Below are positions 11,176 to 20,218 of a stretch of DNA of 46,975 bases, piece after piece. Source of the DNA: Actinomycetes bacterium. Its GTDB lineage: Bacteria; Actinomycetota; Thermoleophilia; Gaiellales; JALYLC01. Positions within the stretch are counted from its first letter, which is position 1; each line of letters begins with the position of its first letter. A program made the position numbers and the translations under genes. The notes below the pieces were generated by a model that was not told where the DNA came from, searched no databases, and saw nothing but the letters and a program-made list of their open reading frames with translations. The stretch is taken from assembly GCA_031361905.1 (NCBI GenBank), contig JANLRV010000030.1, positions 1 to 46,975 of the forward strand. Reading direction: 5' to 3'.

Positions 11176-12309
11176 GTGAGCATGCTTGCCGACTTCAAGC
11201 TCGAGGTGTTCTTCTCGCAGTGGGAGTTCCGCGCGCGGCACCACCTGACGGCGTCCGATGCGCAGACGCTCCCGGTCGCGGAGCTGCTCGCCCTGGCCGA
11301 TCCCGAGCAGCTTGGCGCGTGGGGGAGCCTCGAGCTCGGCTATCGCGAGACGTACGGCTCCCCCGCCATCCGGCGCGCGATCGCCGACACCTACGAGGGG
11401 GCCGAGCCTGCCGACGTGCTTTGCTTCGCGGGAGCCCAGGAGGGCATCGCCTGTGCCGTCCGCGCTCTGCTGGAGCCCGGCGACCACGCCGTCGTGGTCA
11501 CGCCGAGCTACCAGGCCGTGGAGTCGATCGCGCTCTCGATCGGCAGCGCGACCGGCGTCGCGCTCGATCGCGATCGGGAGTGGGCGCTCGACCTCGAGGC
11601 CGTCGCTGCCGCGATCACCCCGGCGACGCGGCTGATCGCCGTCAACTTCCCCAACAACCCGACGGGAGCCGTCTGCGACCAGGCGACGTTCCGCGGGCTC
11701 GCGCAGATCGCAGACGACCACGGGATCGTGCTGCTGAGCGACGAGGTCTACCGCGGCATCGAGGTCGAGCCGGCGCGGACCCTGGCACAGGCGGCGGATC
11801 TGTCGCCGCGCGCGATCAGCCTCGGCGTGCTCTCGAAGGCCTACGGCCTGCCGGGCCTGCGCGTCGGCTGGATCGTCTGCCGCGACCACGCCCTGCTCGA
11901 GCGGATGGAGCGGCTCAAGCACTACGGCTCGATCTGCAATCCCGGACCGAGCGAGGTGCTCGGGACGATCGCCCTGCGCGCCGGCGAGCAGATCCTCGCG
12001 CGCAATCGCGAGCGCGTGCGCGCGAACCTCGTGCTCTTCGACCGCTTCTTCGCCGCGCACCCCGAGCGGTTCGAGTGGCGGCACCCGCAGGGCGGCTGCG
12101 TCGCCTTCCCGCGCTACCTCGGCGACGAGGGGGCGGAGCGCTTCTGCGCAGAGCTGCTCGAGGAGACCGGCGTGCTGCTCTTGCCGCCCTCGGTCTACGA
12201 CTCCGAGATCGCGGCGCCGTTCTCCGATCGCTTCCGGATCGGGGTGGGGCGGGACGATCCGGGTCCGGCGCTCGCGGCGCTCGACGGCTGGCTCGCGACG
12301 CGCGGGTAG
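11176..12309 (+). CDS. Class I/II PLP-dependent aminotransferase
   Basis: NFPNNPTG, SDEVY, SKAYGLPGLRVGW, FRIG; CATGAT 6 nt before GTG 11176 (alternative ATG 11182). Confidence 0.92.
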   Translation: MSMLADFKLEVFFSQWEFRARHHLTASDAQTLPVAELLALADPEQLGAWGSLELGYRETYGSPAIRRAIADTYEGAEPADVLCFAGAQEGIACAVRALLEPGDHAVVVTPSYQAVESIALSIGSATGVALDRDREWALDLEAVAAAITPATRLIAVNFPNNPTGAVCDQATFRGLAQIADDHGIVLLSDEVYRGIEVEPARTLAQAADLSPRAISLGVLSKAYGLPGLRVGWIVCRDHALLERMERLKHYGSICNPGPSEVLGTIALRAGEQILARNRERVRANLVLFDRFFAAHPERFEWRHPQGGCVAFPRYLGDEGAERFCAELLEETGVLLLPPSVYDSEIAAPFSDRFRIGVGRDDPGPALAALDGWLATRG

Positions 12310-12340
12310 GGAACGGGAGGGCGAGCGCGAAGGACCGGTG

Positions 12341-12574
12341 ATGACTCCCGTGCTGCTCTCCCGTCCCGTGTCCGCCGTCGAAGCGCGAGATCTGCGCATC
12401 GGCGATGCCCTCGACGAGGGGCGCGACGACCTGCTGCAGGTCGTGCGGCTCGAGATCGGCGAGTCGGTCGTCCGCCTGCTCGCGGCTCACGCCGGCGAGG
12501 TCGTCTCGCGCACGCTCTCGCCCCGCGAGCTCGTGCTCTGCGTCGCGCGCGAGCAGCTCGCCGCCTCCGCGTAA
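12341..12574 (+). CDS. Small hypothetical protein (~77 aa)
   Basis: AAGGA before GTG/ATG, host-like GC3 codons, fills the gap between two + strand genes; no family recognised. Confidence 0.6.
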   Translation: MTPVLLSRPVSAVEARDLRIGDALDEGRDDLLQVVRLEIGESVVRLLAAHAGEVVSRTLSPRELVLCVAREQLAASA

Positions 12575-12608
12575 GCAGCGAAGACGAACCGGCTCGTAGG
12601 CTGCGGGC

Positions 12609-13685
12609 ATGGGTGGACCCGACGCCGATCCCCTGCGACAGGCCGAGGCGCGCGTCTACGCGCGGGCGCAGCGCCGCATCGGGCTGGCGGAATCCGCGGT
12701 CGGGCTCGCAGGGCTGATCGCGATCGTCGCTTCAGCGCGGCGCCTGGGCGGGACCGGCTCGCTGGCGGCCCTGGCGATCGTCCCGGCGGCGATCTCGCTC
12801 CCCTTCGGGCTCGCCAGCCACCGCGTCTCCCGTGCCCACGGCCTCTCACGCCAGACGCGCCCGGGCTGGCTCGTGGATCGTGGCAAGGGAGCCGCGATCG
12901 GGCTCGTGCTCGGTGGAGTCGCCGCCGCCGCGGTGATCGCCGCCCAGCGGCTCGACGACCGGCTCTGGCCGGTGCTCGTCGGGCTCGGCGCGCTCGCGCT
13001 GTCCGCGCTGCTCGCCGTGCTCTTCCCGATCCTGCTCCTGCCCGTCTTCCTCAAGAGCGAGCCGCTCCCGGCGGGCCTGCTCGCGGACGCGCTGTGGCAG
13101 ATGGTCGAGCGCTCCGGCGTGGCGGTTCGCGAGCTGCGCGTGCTGCACCTCGGCGAGAAGACCTCCGCGGGCAACGCGATGGTCGCCGGGCTCGGTCCCA
13201 CGCGCCGCATCTACGTCGGCGACACGCTCTCTGCCGAGGCGCCCGAGGGCGACCGCGTGGCCGAGACGTGCGTCGTGCTCGCCCACGAGCTCGGCCACCA
13301 CGCGTCCGGCGACCCGTGGCGGCTGCTCGCGTTCTCGGCGCTGCCGATCGCGGCGGGCGCTGCAGGTGCCGCGGTGGCGGTCGATCGCCTCGCCCCCCAC
13401 GGCGCGGGACGCCTCGACGCGTTGCCGGCGCTCGTGCTCGGCTTCACCCTCGCCTCTGCCGTCGTCGGCCCGCTCGGCGCGTGGTACTCGCGCAAGCGCG
13501 AGCGCGCGGCCGATGCCTACGCGATCCGCGTCAGCGGGCAGGGCGACGTCTTCGCGAGCGCGCTCGAGCGCCTCGCCGCCCAGAACCTCGGCGAGCTCTG
13601 GCCGCCACGGCTCCACCACCTGCTGACCGCGTCGCATCCGCGGCTCGGCGAGCGCATCGCGAGCGCGCGCGGCGGCGGAGGCTGA
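12609..13685 (+). CDS. M48 (Ste24/HtpX-like) membrane zinc peptidase
   Basis: Several TM helices, NAMVAGLG..RRI...DTL, HELGH, ERAADAYA, SHP; TAGGCT 6 nt before ATG. Confidence 0.9.
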   Translation: MGGPDADPLRQAEARVYARAQRRIGLAESAVGLAGLIAIVASARRLGGTGSLAALAIVPAAISLPFGLASHRVSRAHGLSRQTRPGWLVDRGKGAAIGLVLGGVAAAAVIAAQRLDDRLWPVLVGLGALALSALLAVLFPILLLPVFLKSEPLPAGLLADALWQMVERSGVAVRELRVLHLGEKTSAGNAMVAGLGPTRRIYVGDTLSAEAPEGDRVAETCVVLAHELGHHASGDPWRLLAFSALPIAAGAAGAAVAVDRLAPHGAGRLDALPALVLGFTLASAVVGPLGAWYSRKRERAADAYAIRVSGQGDVFASALERLAAQNLGELWPPRLHHLLTASHPRLGERIASARGGGG

Positions 13686-13687
13686 GC

Positions 13688-14107
13688 ATGGCTGCGCCCT
13701 CCAAGACCGTGAAGGAGATCATCGACGCCTGGCAGGCGGCCGGATGCACGGTGCGCCCCGGCGGGTCCGGGCACTTCGCCGTGCTCGATCGTGACGGCAA
13801 GCGCGTGGCCACGATCCCCTCGAGCCCGAGCGACCGTCGCGTGCTCGCGATGGCGCGGTCCGAGCTTCGCCGCTACGAGCGGGCCCGCTCGGCGCCCGTG
13901 CGGCTCGGCGAGCTCGCCCAGCGGCTGCGCGACGCGCGCGCGGCGATCATCGCCTCGGCCGACGCGCTGCCGCCCGGGATCGAGGGCGGCGAGGCACAGC
14001 GCGCGGCGCTCGTCGAGCGACTCCGGGAGGTGCTCGACGAGGCGGCAGCCGTCGCGGCCGAGCTCGAGCCGCTGCGCACGGCCGTGCAGCGGCGCACCGG
14101 TCGGTGA
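13688..14107 (+). CDS. HicA-like domain protein with C-terminal helical extension
   Basis: N-terminal ~65 aa KEIIDAW..AGCTV..GGSGHF......VATIPSSPSD.R matches the HicA-like pattern (G-H, PSD). Confidence 0.62.
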   Translation: MAAPSKTVKEIIDAWQAAGCTVRPGGSGHFAVLDRDGKRVATIPSSPSDRRVLAMARSELRRYERARSAPVRLGELAQRLRDARAAIIASADALPPGIEGGEAQRAALVERLREVLDEAAAVAAELEPLRTAVQRRTGR

Positions 14108-14129
14108 CGAGCTGTCACCATCTCATTCG

Positions 14130-14657
14130 ATGGCGGGCGAGAACCTCAACCCCGAGCACGTCGAGCGCGCCGCGCGCGAGCTCGGGAAAAGCGTGCGCTG
14201 CGCCTGCGTGACGATCTCCGACTCGCGCACGCGCGAGAACGATACGGGCGGCGACATCATCGAGCAGCTGCTGGGCGAGGCCGGCCACGAGCTCGTCCAT
14301 CGCGAGCTGGTGCGCGACGAGCCCGACGAGATCGCCGCGTGCGTCGAGCGCGCGCGGGCAGCGGGCGCGTCCGTGCTGGTGACGACGGGCGGCACGGGGA
14401 TCGCGAGGCGGGATTCCACGTTCGACGCGATCGATGCCCTGCTCGAGAAGCGCCTGCCGGGCTTCGGCGAGCTGTTCCGCGCGCTCAGCTTTCCCGAGAT
14501 CGGCGCGGCCGCGATGCTCTCGCGCGCGACCGCGGGCACCGTCGGCGAGCTGCTCGTGTTCTGCCTGCCGGGATCGCCGCATGCCGTCCGGCTCGGGCTC
14601 GAGCGCCTGATCATCCCCGACCTCGCGCACCTCGCGTGGGAGACGGTGCGTCGCTGA
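14130..14657 (+). CDS. moaB: Molybdenum cofactor biosynthesis protein MoaB/MogA
   Basis: TISDSR, TTGGTGIARRD, LPGFGELFR, AMLSRA, FCLPGS. Confidence 0.92.
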   Translation: MAGENLNPEHVERAARELGKSVRCACVTISDSRTRENDTGGDIIEQLLGEAGHELVHRELVRDEPDEIAACVERARAAGASVLVTTGGTGIARRDSTFDAIDALLEKRLPGFGELFRALSFPEIGAAAMLSRATAGTVGELLVFCLPGSPHAVRLGLERLIIPDLAHLAWETVRR

Positions 14658-15451
14658 TGGCGCTCGCCGAGCTGGTCGACCTCGACCGCTATCCGATCGA
14701 CGACCTCGAGTCCGAGGCCGGCCGCCGGCTCGTCGGCGACTGCCGGGCCTCGCTCGCCGAGCTGGGTGCCTGCGATCTGCCCGGCTTCGTGCGCGCGGCC
14801 ATCGCGGGCGTCGTGGCCCAGGAGGCGGAGGCGCTGCGTGGCCGGGCCTACCGCACCGAGACCGTCCATGACATCGACTTCTCGGGCCACAGCCCCGCCG
14901 ATCTCTCGCCCACCGACCCGCAGCGCACGCAGATCCGCTCGGCCAAGCTCGGCGTGGCGCTCGACTGCATCCCGGCGACGTCGCGGCTTCGCGAGCTCTA
15001 CGAGGCGCCCGAGCTGACGGCCTTCGTCGGAGCCGCGCTCGAGCTCGAGCCGATCTACCGGCACGCGGACGAACTCGGGGCGCTCAACCTGATGCTCTAC
15101 GACGAGGGCGACGAGCTCGGCTGGCACTTCGACAACGCCGACTTCGTCGTCACGCTGCTCTTGCAGGAGCCGAGCGGCGGCGGCGCGTTCGAGTACGTCC
15201 CCGCGCTGCGCACGCCCGGCGATCGCAACGACGACGGCGTCCGCCGCCTGCTCGCCGGCGAGCGCGACGGCGTGCGCTCGGCGAGCGGCCGGCCTGGCAC
15301 CCTCGCGCTCTTCCGCGGGCACCTCAGCCCGCATCGCGTGACGCCCGTGATCGGGCCGCGACCGCGCATCAACGCCGTGCTCTCGTATGCCTCGAAGCCC
15401 GATGCGCGGCTGTCCGAGAGCGTGCACCGCATCTTCTACGGGCGCAGCTAA
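14657..15451 (+). CDS. Fe(II)/2-oxoglutarate-dependent oxygenase
   Basis: TGATG coupling with moaB; GWHFD (HxD), GGAFEY, HRVTPV...R (distal His and 2OG Arg). Confidence 0.82.
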   Translation: MALAELVDLDRYPIDDLESEAGRRLVGDCRASLAELGACDLPGFVRAAIAGVVAQEAEALRGRAYRTETVHDIDFSGHSPADLSPTDPQRTQIRSAKLGVALDCIPATSRLRELYEAPELTAFVGAALELEPIYRHADELGALNLMLYDEGDELGWHFDNADFVVTLLLQEPSGGGAFEYVPALRTPGDRNDDGVRRLLAGERDGVRSASGRPGTLALFRGHLSPHRVTPVIGPRPRINAVLSYASKPDARLSESVHRIFYGRS

Positions 15452-15456
15452 CGCGG

Positions 15457-16104
15457 TCAGTGGATGATGTTGACCGCGCGTGCGGTCACGAGCACGATCG
15501 TCGCGAGCGAGGGCAGCGACTGCGCGAGCATCAAGAGCTTCGCCGGGTGGGTCAGCGGCATCGTGTCGGTCGGGCTGAACGCGCTCGCGTTCGTGAACGA
15601 GATGTAGAGGTAGTCGATGAAGGTCGGGCGCCACCCCGGCGGCGCGACCGAGGTCACGTCGAACTGCGGGAAGAGGAAGTCGCGGCGGACGTCGCCGCCC
15701 GCTGCGCGCAGGTGCGGCCCGCCGCCGTCGAGCTCCCAGTAGACGACCGCGAAGACGATCACGTTCTGGAACCAGATGATCAGCGCCGCACGCAAGAGCG
15801 AGGTGCCGGATGCGCTCCCGGTCACGAGGTGGTCGATCAGGTAGCCCAGCGAGGTCGCGTTCGAGAGCGCGATCACGCCGAGCAGCACGAGCGCGGCGGC
15901 GCGCAGCCAGCCCGCTTCCTGAACGGCGCGGCGCGGCGCGTGCAGCGTCAGGGGAATCAGGATCGCTCCGACCACGAGCGGCGTCATGATCGACGGGCCG
16001 AGCGTCAGATCTTCCGGCAGCAGCAGGCCGAGCAGCACGCTCAGGCCGATCGCGAACGAGGCCGGGAGGCGGTGCTCGCCATCCGACTGGTCGCTGCCTG
16101 CCAT
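15457..16104 (-). CDS. Membrane protein, DUF1345-like
   Basis: YWELDGGG, DFLFPQ, W.PTFIDYLYISFTNASAFSPTDTMPL. Confidence 0.8.
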   Translation of the reverse strand: MAGSDQSDGEHRLPASFAIGLSVLLGLLLPEDLTLGPSIMTPLVVGAILIPLTLHAPRRAVQEAGWLRAAALVLLGVIALSNATSLGYLIDHLVTGSASGTSLLRAALIIWFQNVIVFAVVYWELDGGGPHLRAAGGDVRRDFLFPQFDVTSVAPPGWRPTFIDYLYISFTNASAFSPTDTMPLTHPAKLLMLAQSLPSLATIVLVTARAVNIIH

Positions 16105-16188
16105 GCCGCCAGCATCCTATGCGCACGGGTATCCTCGAACGGCGCCGCCCGCTGCCATCCCGGCACCACCGAGCGCAGGAGCGATCTC

Positions 16189-17247
16189 GTGATCGACTGT
16201 GACATCCACGTGCAGATCGGCGACCCCGAGGAGTTCTGCGCCTACGTCGAGCCCGCCCAGCGCGAGTGGTTCCGCTCGCAGGGCGAGCTGCTCGGCCTGC
16301 CGTCGTACAACTGGTCGCACCCCGGGGGCTGGTTCAGGCACGACCTCGAGTCCACGGGTCCTCGAAGCTATCCGGGCACGTCGATCGAGCGCGTGATCGC
16401 CGAGGTGCTCGATCCGATGGGTACCGACATCGGCATGCTCACGGCCGATGACGGCGTGCTCGCCGGCGTGATGGCGAACCCCTATCGAGCGCGGGCCTAC
16501 GCGCGCGCCCACAACGACTGGATGGCCGACCGCTGGCTGGGCGCCGACCCGCGCGTGCGGGGCTCGATCATCGTTCCCACGCAGGAGCCGCTCGAGGCCG
16601 CGCGCGAGATCAACCGGATGGCGGTCGACCGGCGCTTCACGCAGGTCCTGCTCGTGGGCGGATCCGAGCGGCCGTACGGCGACCCCCGCTATCTGCCGAT
16701 CCTCGAGGCGTGCGTCGCGAACGACCTCGTGCTGACGATTCACTCGGGCGGGGAGGGCATGGGCGTGGCCGCGATGCCGGGCGGTGCCGGCCCGCCGAAC
16801 TTCTACATCGAGTGGCACACGCTCGGCTCGGCGTGCTCGATCATGGCGCACCTCGTCTCGCTCGTCGTCAACGGCTGCTTCGACCGGCTCCCCGCGCTGC
16901 GCGTGCTGTTGATGGAGGGCGGGCTCGCGTGGCTGCCGGGCATCCTCTGGCGGCTCGACACGAACTGGCGCGGCCTGCGGGGCGAGACGCCGTGGCTCGA
17001 CCGCCGCCCGAGCGAGATCGTGCGCGAGCACATCCGCTTCACGACACAGCCGCTCGAGCACACGGACGGCCACGACGCGCTGCTCTTCGAGATGCTCGAG
17101 GCGGCGGGCGCGCCGGACATCCTCTGCTTCTCCTCCGACTATCCGCACTGGGACGGCGACGACCAGCAGACGATGCTCAAGCGCCTGCCCGAGTCGTGGC
17201 GCGCGAAGGTGATGCACGACACCGCCGCCGCGTTGTTCCGCCTATGA
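16189..17247 (+). CDS. Amidohydrolase_2-fold protein (DxH type, possible dinuclear oxygenase)
   Basis: AGGAG then GTG; IDCDIH, AHNDW, IHSG, MEGG..W, FTTQP, FSSDYPHWD. Confidence 0.85.
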   Translation: MIDCDIHVQIGDPEEFCAYVEPAQREWFRSQGELLGLPSYNWSHPGGWFRHDLESTGPRSYPGTSIERVIAEVLDPMGTDIGMLTADDGVLAGVMANPYRARAYARAHNDWMADRWLGADPRVRGSIIVPTQEPLEAAREINRMAVDRRFTQVLLVGGSERPYGDPRYLPILEACVANDLVLTIHSGGEGMGVAAMPGGAGPPNFYIEWHTLGSACSIMAHLVSLVVNGCFDRLPALRVLLMEGGLAWLPGILWRLDTNWRGLRGETPWLDRRPSEIVREHIRFTTQPLEHTDGHDALLFEMLEAAGAPDILCFSSDYPHWDGDDQQTMLKRLPESWRAKVMHDTAAALFRL

Positions 17248-17603
17248 GCGAGCGGAGCTGGCACGACGTCTGCTCGCTCGACGAGCTGGAGGGGCGCGGC
17301 CACGCGGTGGCGCGCATCGGCGGACGCGAGATCGGCGTGCTGCGCGCCGGCGACGGGACGCCCTACGCCGTGCGCAACCGCTGCCCCCACCACGGCGCGC
17401 CGATGTGCCGCGGCGAGGTGCGCGAGCGCTTCGAGAGCGAGCTAGCGGGAACGTACGGCGACGCGAGCGGGCTCGTCATCCGTTGCCCATGGCATGGCTG
17501 GGAGTTCCGCGTCGAGGATGGTCGCTGTCCCGATGACCCCCGCATGCGGGTAGCCGTCTACGACGTGCGCGTCAGCGATGGCCGCGTGCTCGTGCACGCG
17601 TGA
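17244..17603 (+). CDS. Rieske [2Fe-2S] ferredoxin
   Basis: ATGA overlap; NRCPHHGAP ... RCPWHGWEF. Confidence 0.92.
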   Translation: MSERSWHDVCSLDELEGRGHAVARIGGREIGVLRAGDGTPYAVRNRCPHHGAPMCRGEVRERFESELAGTYGDASGLVIRCPWHGWEFRVEDGRCPDDPRMRVAVYDVRVSDGRVLVHA

Positions 17604-18773
17604 GGCGCGCAGCTCGCGCACGCCGAACGCCAGCATCACGGTCGCGACGAGCATGCTGACGCCGGTCGCGCCGTAGGCGAAGCGCGGCCCGAAGGCATCG
17701 GTGAGCGGGCCTCCGGCGGCCATCGAGAGGCCGAGCGCGGCGAGCATGATCGCCTCGTTCGCGGCGAACACGCGGCTGCGCAGGATGTCGGGGGTGCGCT
17801 CCTGCGTGACCGTCTGCTCGGCGACGTTGACGTGCGAGTCGGCGAACCCGCCGATCAGCTGCGTCGCGCAGATCATCACGAACCACGGCGCGATCGCGAC
17901 GCTGCCGAGCATCACGGCCATCACGGCCATGCCCGCGACGAGCGCCCAATAGGCGCTGCGCGGCACGAGCCGCTCGGCGGCGAGCGTGCCGACGAGCGTG
18001 CCGGCCCCCCAGGTCCCGATCAGCAGGCCATAGCCGAAGGAGCCCGTCCCGAAGACCTCGGCGAGCGGGTACTCGGCGACGAGCAGCGTGCCCACGCCGA
18101 GCAGGCAGACAAACCACGCGGCGACCAGCATGCGCAGCACGCGATCTGCCCAGACGAAGCCGAAGCCGGCCGTCATGCCGTGGCGGTCGGCGCCGTCGCG
18201 CTGCTCGTTGAACGTCCCGTGGATCGTGCTCGTGAGCGCCGCCGAGGCGAGCAGCGCGACGGCGTTGACGATGAACACGAGCGTCGTGCCGGAGGTCGCG
18301 ATCAGCAGGCCGCCGAGCACCGGCCCGAGCATGAAGCCGATGCTGTTCGCCCGCGTGCGCACGGCGTTCGCCCAGATCACGCGATCGGCCGGGACGAGGT
18401 TCGGGATCGCGGCCTGGCTCGCCGCGAACAGGGGTGCCTGCGCGATCGCGCCGAAGGCGGCGATCACGACCACCTCGATGGGCGCCTGGAAGAAGACGAG
18501 CGCGAGCGTCGTCACGGCGGTGGCGAGCTCGGAGACGATGATCACGCGCTTGCGGTCGAGCCGATCGCCGAGCGTGCCCGCGATCGGCGCGAACAGGCCG
18601 CCCGTGGTGATCGCGGCGATCAGCACGGCCGAGCCCCAGGTGGCCGACCCGGTGCGCTGGAACATCGCCGCGACGAGCGCGACGAAGCCGGCCTCGGCAC
18701 CCGTCACGGCGACGAGGCGGGCGATCGAGAGCCGGTGAACGGCGGTGCGATATGGGGTGAGCGATGCGGTCAT
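17442..18773 (-). CDS. MFS transporter (DHA3/H+ antiporter-like)
   Basis: ~12 TM, GTLGDRLDRKRV motif A, QERTPD.LRSRV; 3' tail overlaps the Rieske gene. Confidence 0.88.
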   Translation of the reverse strand: MTASLTPYRTAVHRLSIARLVAVTGAEAGFVALVAAMFQRTGSATWGSAVLIAAITTGGLFAPIAGTLGDRLDRKRVIIVSELATAVTTLALVFFQAPIEVVVIAAFGAIAQAPLFAASQAAIPNLVPADRVIWANAVRTRANSIGFMLGPVLGGLLIATSGTTLVFIVNAVALLASAALTSTIHGTFNEQRDGADRHGMTAGFGFVWADRVLRMLVAAWFVCLLGVGTLLVAEYPLAEVFGTGSFGYGLLIGTWGAGTLVGTLAAERLVPRSAYWALVAGMAVMAVMLGSVAIAPWFVMICATQLIGGFADSHVNVAEQTVTQERTPDILRSRVFAANEAIMLAALGLSMAAGGPLTDAFGPRFAYGATGVSMLVATVMLAFGVRELRASRVHEHAAIADAHVVDGYPHAGVIGTATILDAELPAMPWATDDEPARVAVRSR

Positions 18774-18850
18774 GGCAAGGGTGGCGGGCAGACAGGGTTC
18801 GAGGACGGCCGCGAGTGCGGCGGGCCGTCCGAGCTGCGTCTGCGCGCGGG

Positions 18851-18928
18851 TCAGTCGACGACGGATCCGGCACACGCAGACACAGCCGTACGGCTGGTGT
18901 CGGGGCGAGTGGGTGCCGGAGTCTTCAT
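18851..18928 (-). CDS. Putative 25-aa leader peptide MKTPAPTRPDTSRTAVSACAGSVVD
   Basis: GGAG at 18941-18938, GTG/ATG, TGA at 18853-18851; lies within alternative hairpins upstream of the MFS gene. Confidence 0.45.
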   Translation of the reverse strand: MKTPAPTRPDTSRTAVSACAGSVVD

Positions 18929-18970
18929 CACGTCGTTCTCCAGCCGCAGTCACGCGGCCGTTCTCTCAGG

Positions 18971-20218
18971 CTAGCACGAGGTACGGCCCGCGCGCCACAG
19001 CGGTGTCTCAGCGTCGCGCGAGAGCAGGAACGCGCCGAGGCCTGTGGCGGCGAAGCACGCGACGCTGCCGAGCAGGAGCCCCGCGCGCCCGCCGGCATGC
19101 TCGGCGACGAATCCCACGATGGGTCCGCCGATCGGCGTCGAGCCGAGGAACGCGACGGCCCACAGGCTCATCACGCGACCGCGCATCTCCGGCAGCGAGG
19201 CGAGCTGCAGCGTGCTGTTCCCCGCGGCGAGGAAGCGCACGCTGCCGGCGCCCACGATCACGAGCGTGGCGAGCTCGAATGGCAGCGTGGGGGCCACGGA
19301 TGCGAGCAGGATCGCGACCCCGAAGGCGAAGCCCGAGGTGATCACGGCGCGCGTGCCGACCCGGCCGTTCGTGGCGGCCACGAGGCCTCCGACGACGGCG
19401 CCGACCCCCATCGCGGCGGTCATCAGGCCGTACACCTCGGGGCCGCCGCCGAACGTCTCGCGGGCCACCACGGGCAGGACAACCTGGAACTCGTAGGCGA
19501 GCGCGCCGATCAGGGCCATCATCACGAGCGGCACGGCGAGCTCGGGCGTGCCCGCGACGTAGGCGATGCCCGCACGCACCTGGCCGCGCTCGCGCGGCGC
19601 GGGAGTGCTGGGCCGCAGCGCCGAGCGGTCGAGCAAGAGCAGCGAGGCGAGCACGGCGAGGTAGCTCGAGGCGTTGATCAGGAAGCAGGCCGACACGCCC
19701 ACCGTCGCGATCAGGATGCCCGCGATCGCCGGGCCGATCGCGCGGGCCGCGTTGACGAGGACGCTGTTGAGCGTGACGGCGTTGCGCAGGTTGTCCGGTC
19801 CGACGAGCTCGGTCACGAACGACTGGCGTGTGGGGTTGTCGAAGGCGGTCGCGATGCCGAGCAGGCCGGCGAGCAGGTAGACGTGCCAGAGGCGCACGGC
19901 GCCGCTCGCCGTGAGGAGTCCGAGGGCGAGCGCGAGCACGGCCATCCACGACTGCACGGCGATCATCAGCCGGCGCTTGTCGAGCCGGTCGGCGACGAGG
20001 CCACCGTAGGGCGCGAGCAGCAGCACGGGCAGCATCTGGAGCGCGACGAGCAGGCCGATCGCGGTGCCAGATCCGGTCAGCGAGTAGACGAGCCAGCCCT
20101 GCGCGATCGTCTGCATCCAGGTGCCGATCAGCGAGATCCCCTGGCCGGCGAAGTAGCGCCGGTAGTTCGGGCTCGCGAGAGAGGCGAAGGTGCGGCGGCC
20201 GATCGCGCCGGCGTTCAC
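18971..20218 (-). CDS. MFS transporter (MFS_3 type)
   Basis: NYRRYFAGQ.IS.IGTWMQ, GGLVADRLDKRR, FDNPTRQSFV, RGRVMS. Confidence 0.92.
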   Translation of the reverse strand: MNAGAIGRRTFASLASPNYRRYFAGQGISLIGTWMQTIAQGWLVYSLTGSGTAIGLLVALQMLPVLLLAPYGGLVADRLDKRRLMIAVQSWMAVLALALGLLTASGAVRLWHVYLLAGLLGIATAFDNPTRQSFVTELVGPDNLRNAVTLNSVLVNAARAIGPAIAGILIATVGVSACFLINASSYLAVLASLLLLDRSALRPSTPAPRERGQVRAGIAYVAGTPELAVPLVMMALIGALAYEFQVVLPVVARETFGGGPEVYGLMTAAMGVGAVVGGLVAATNGRVGTRAVITSGFAFGVAILLASVAPTLPFELATLVIVGAGSVRFLAAGNSTLQLASLPEMRGRVMSLWAVAFLGSTPIGGPIVGFVAEHAGGRAGLLLGSVACFAATGLGAFLLSRDAETPLWRAGRTSC

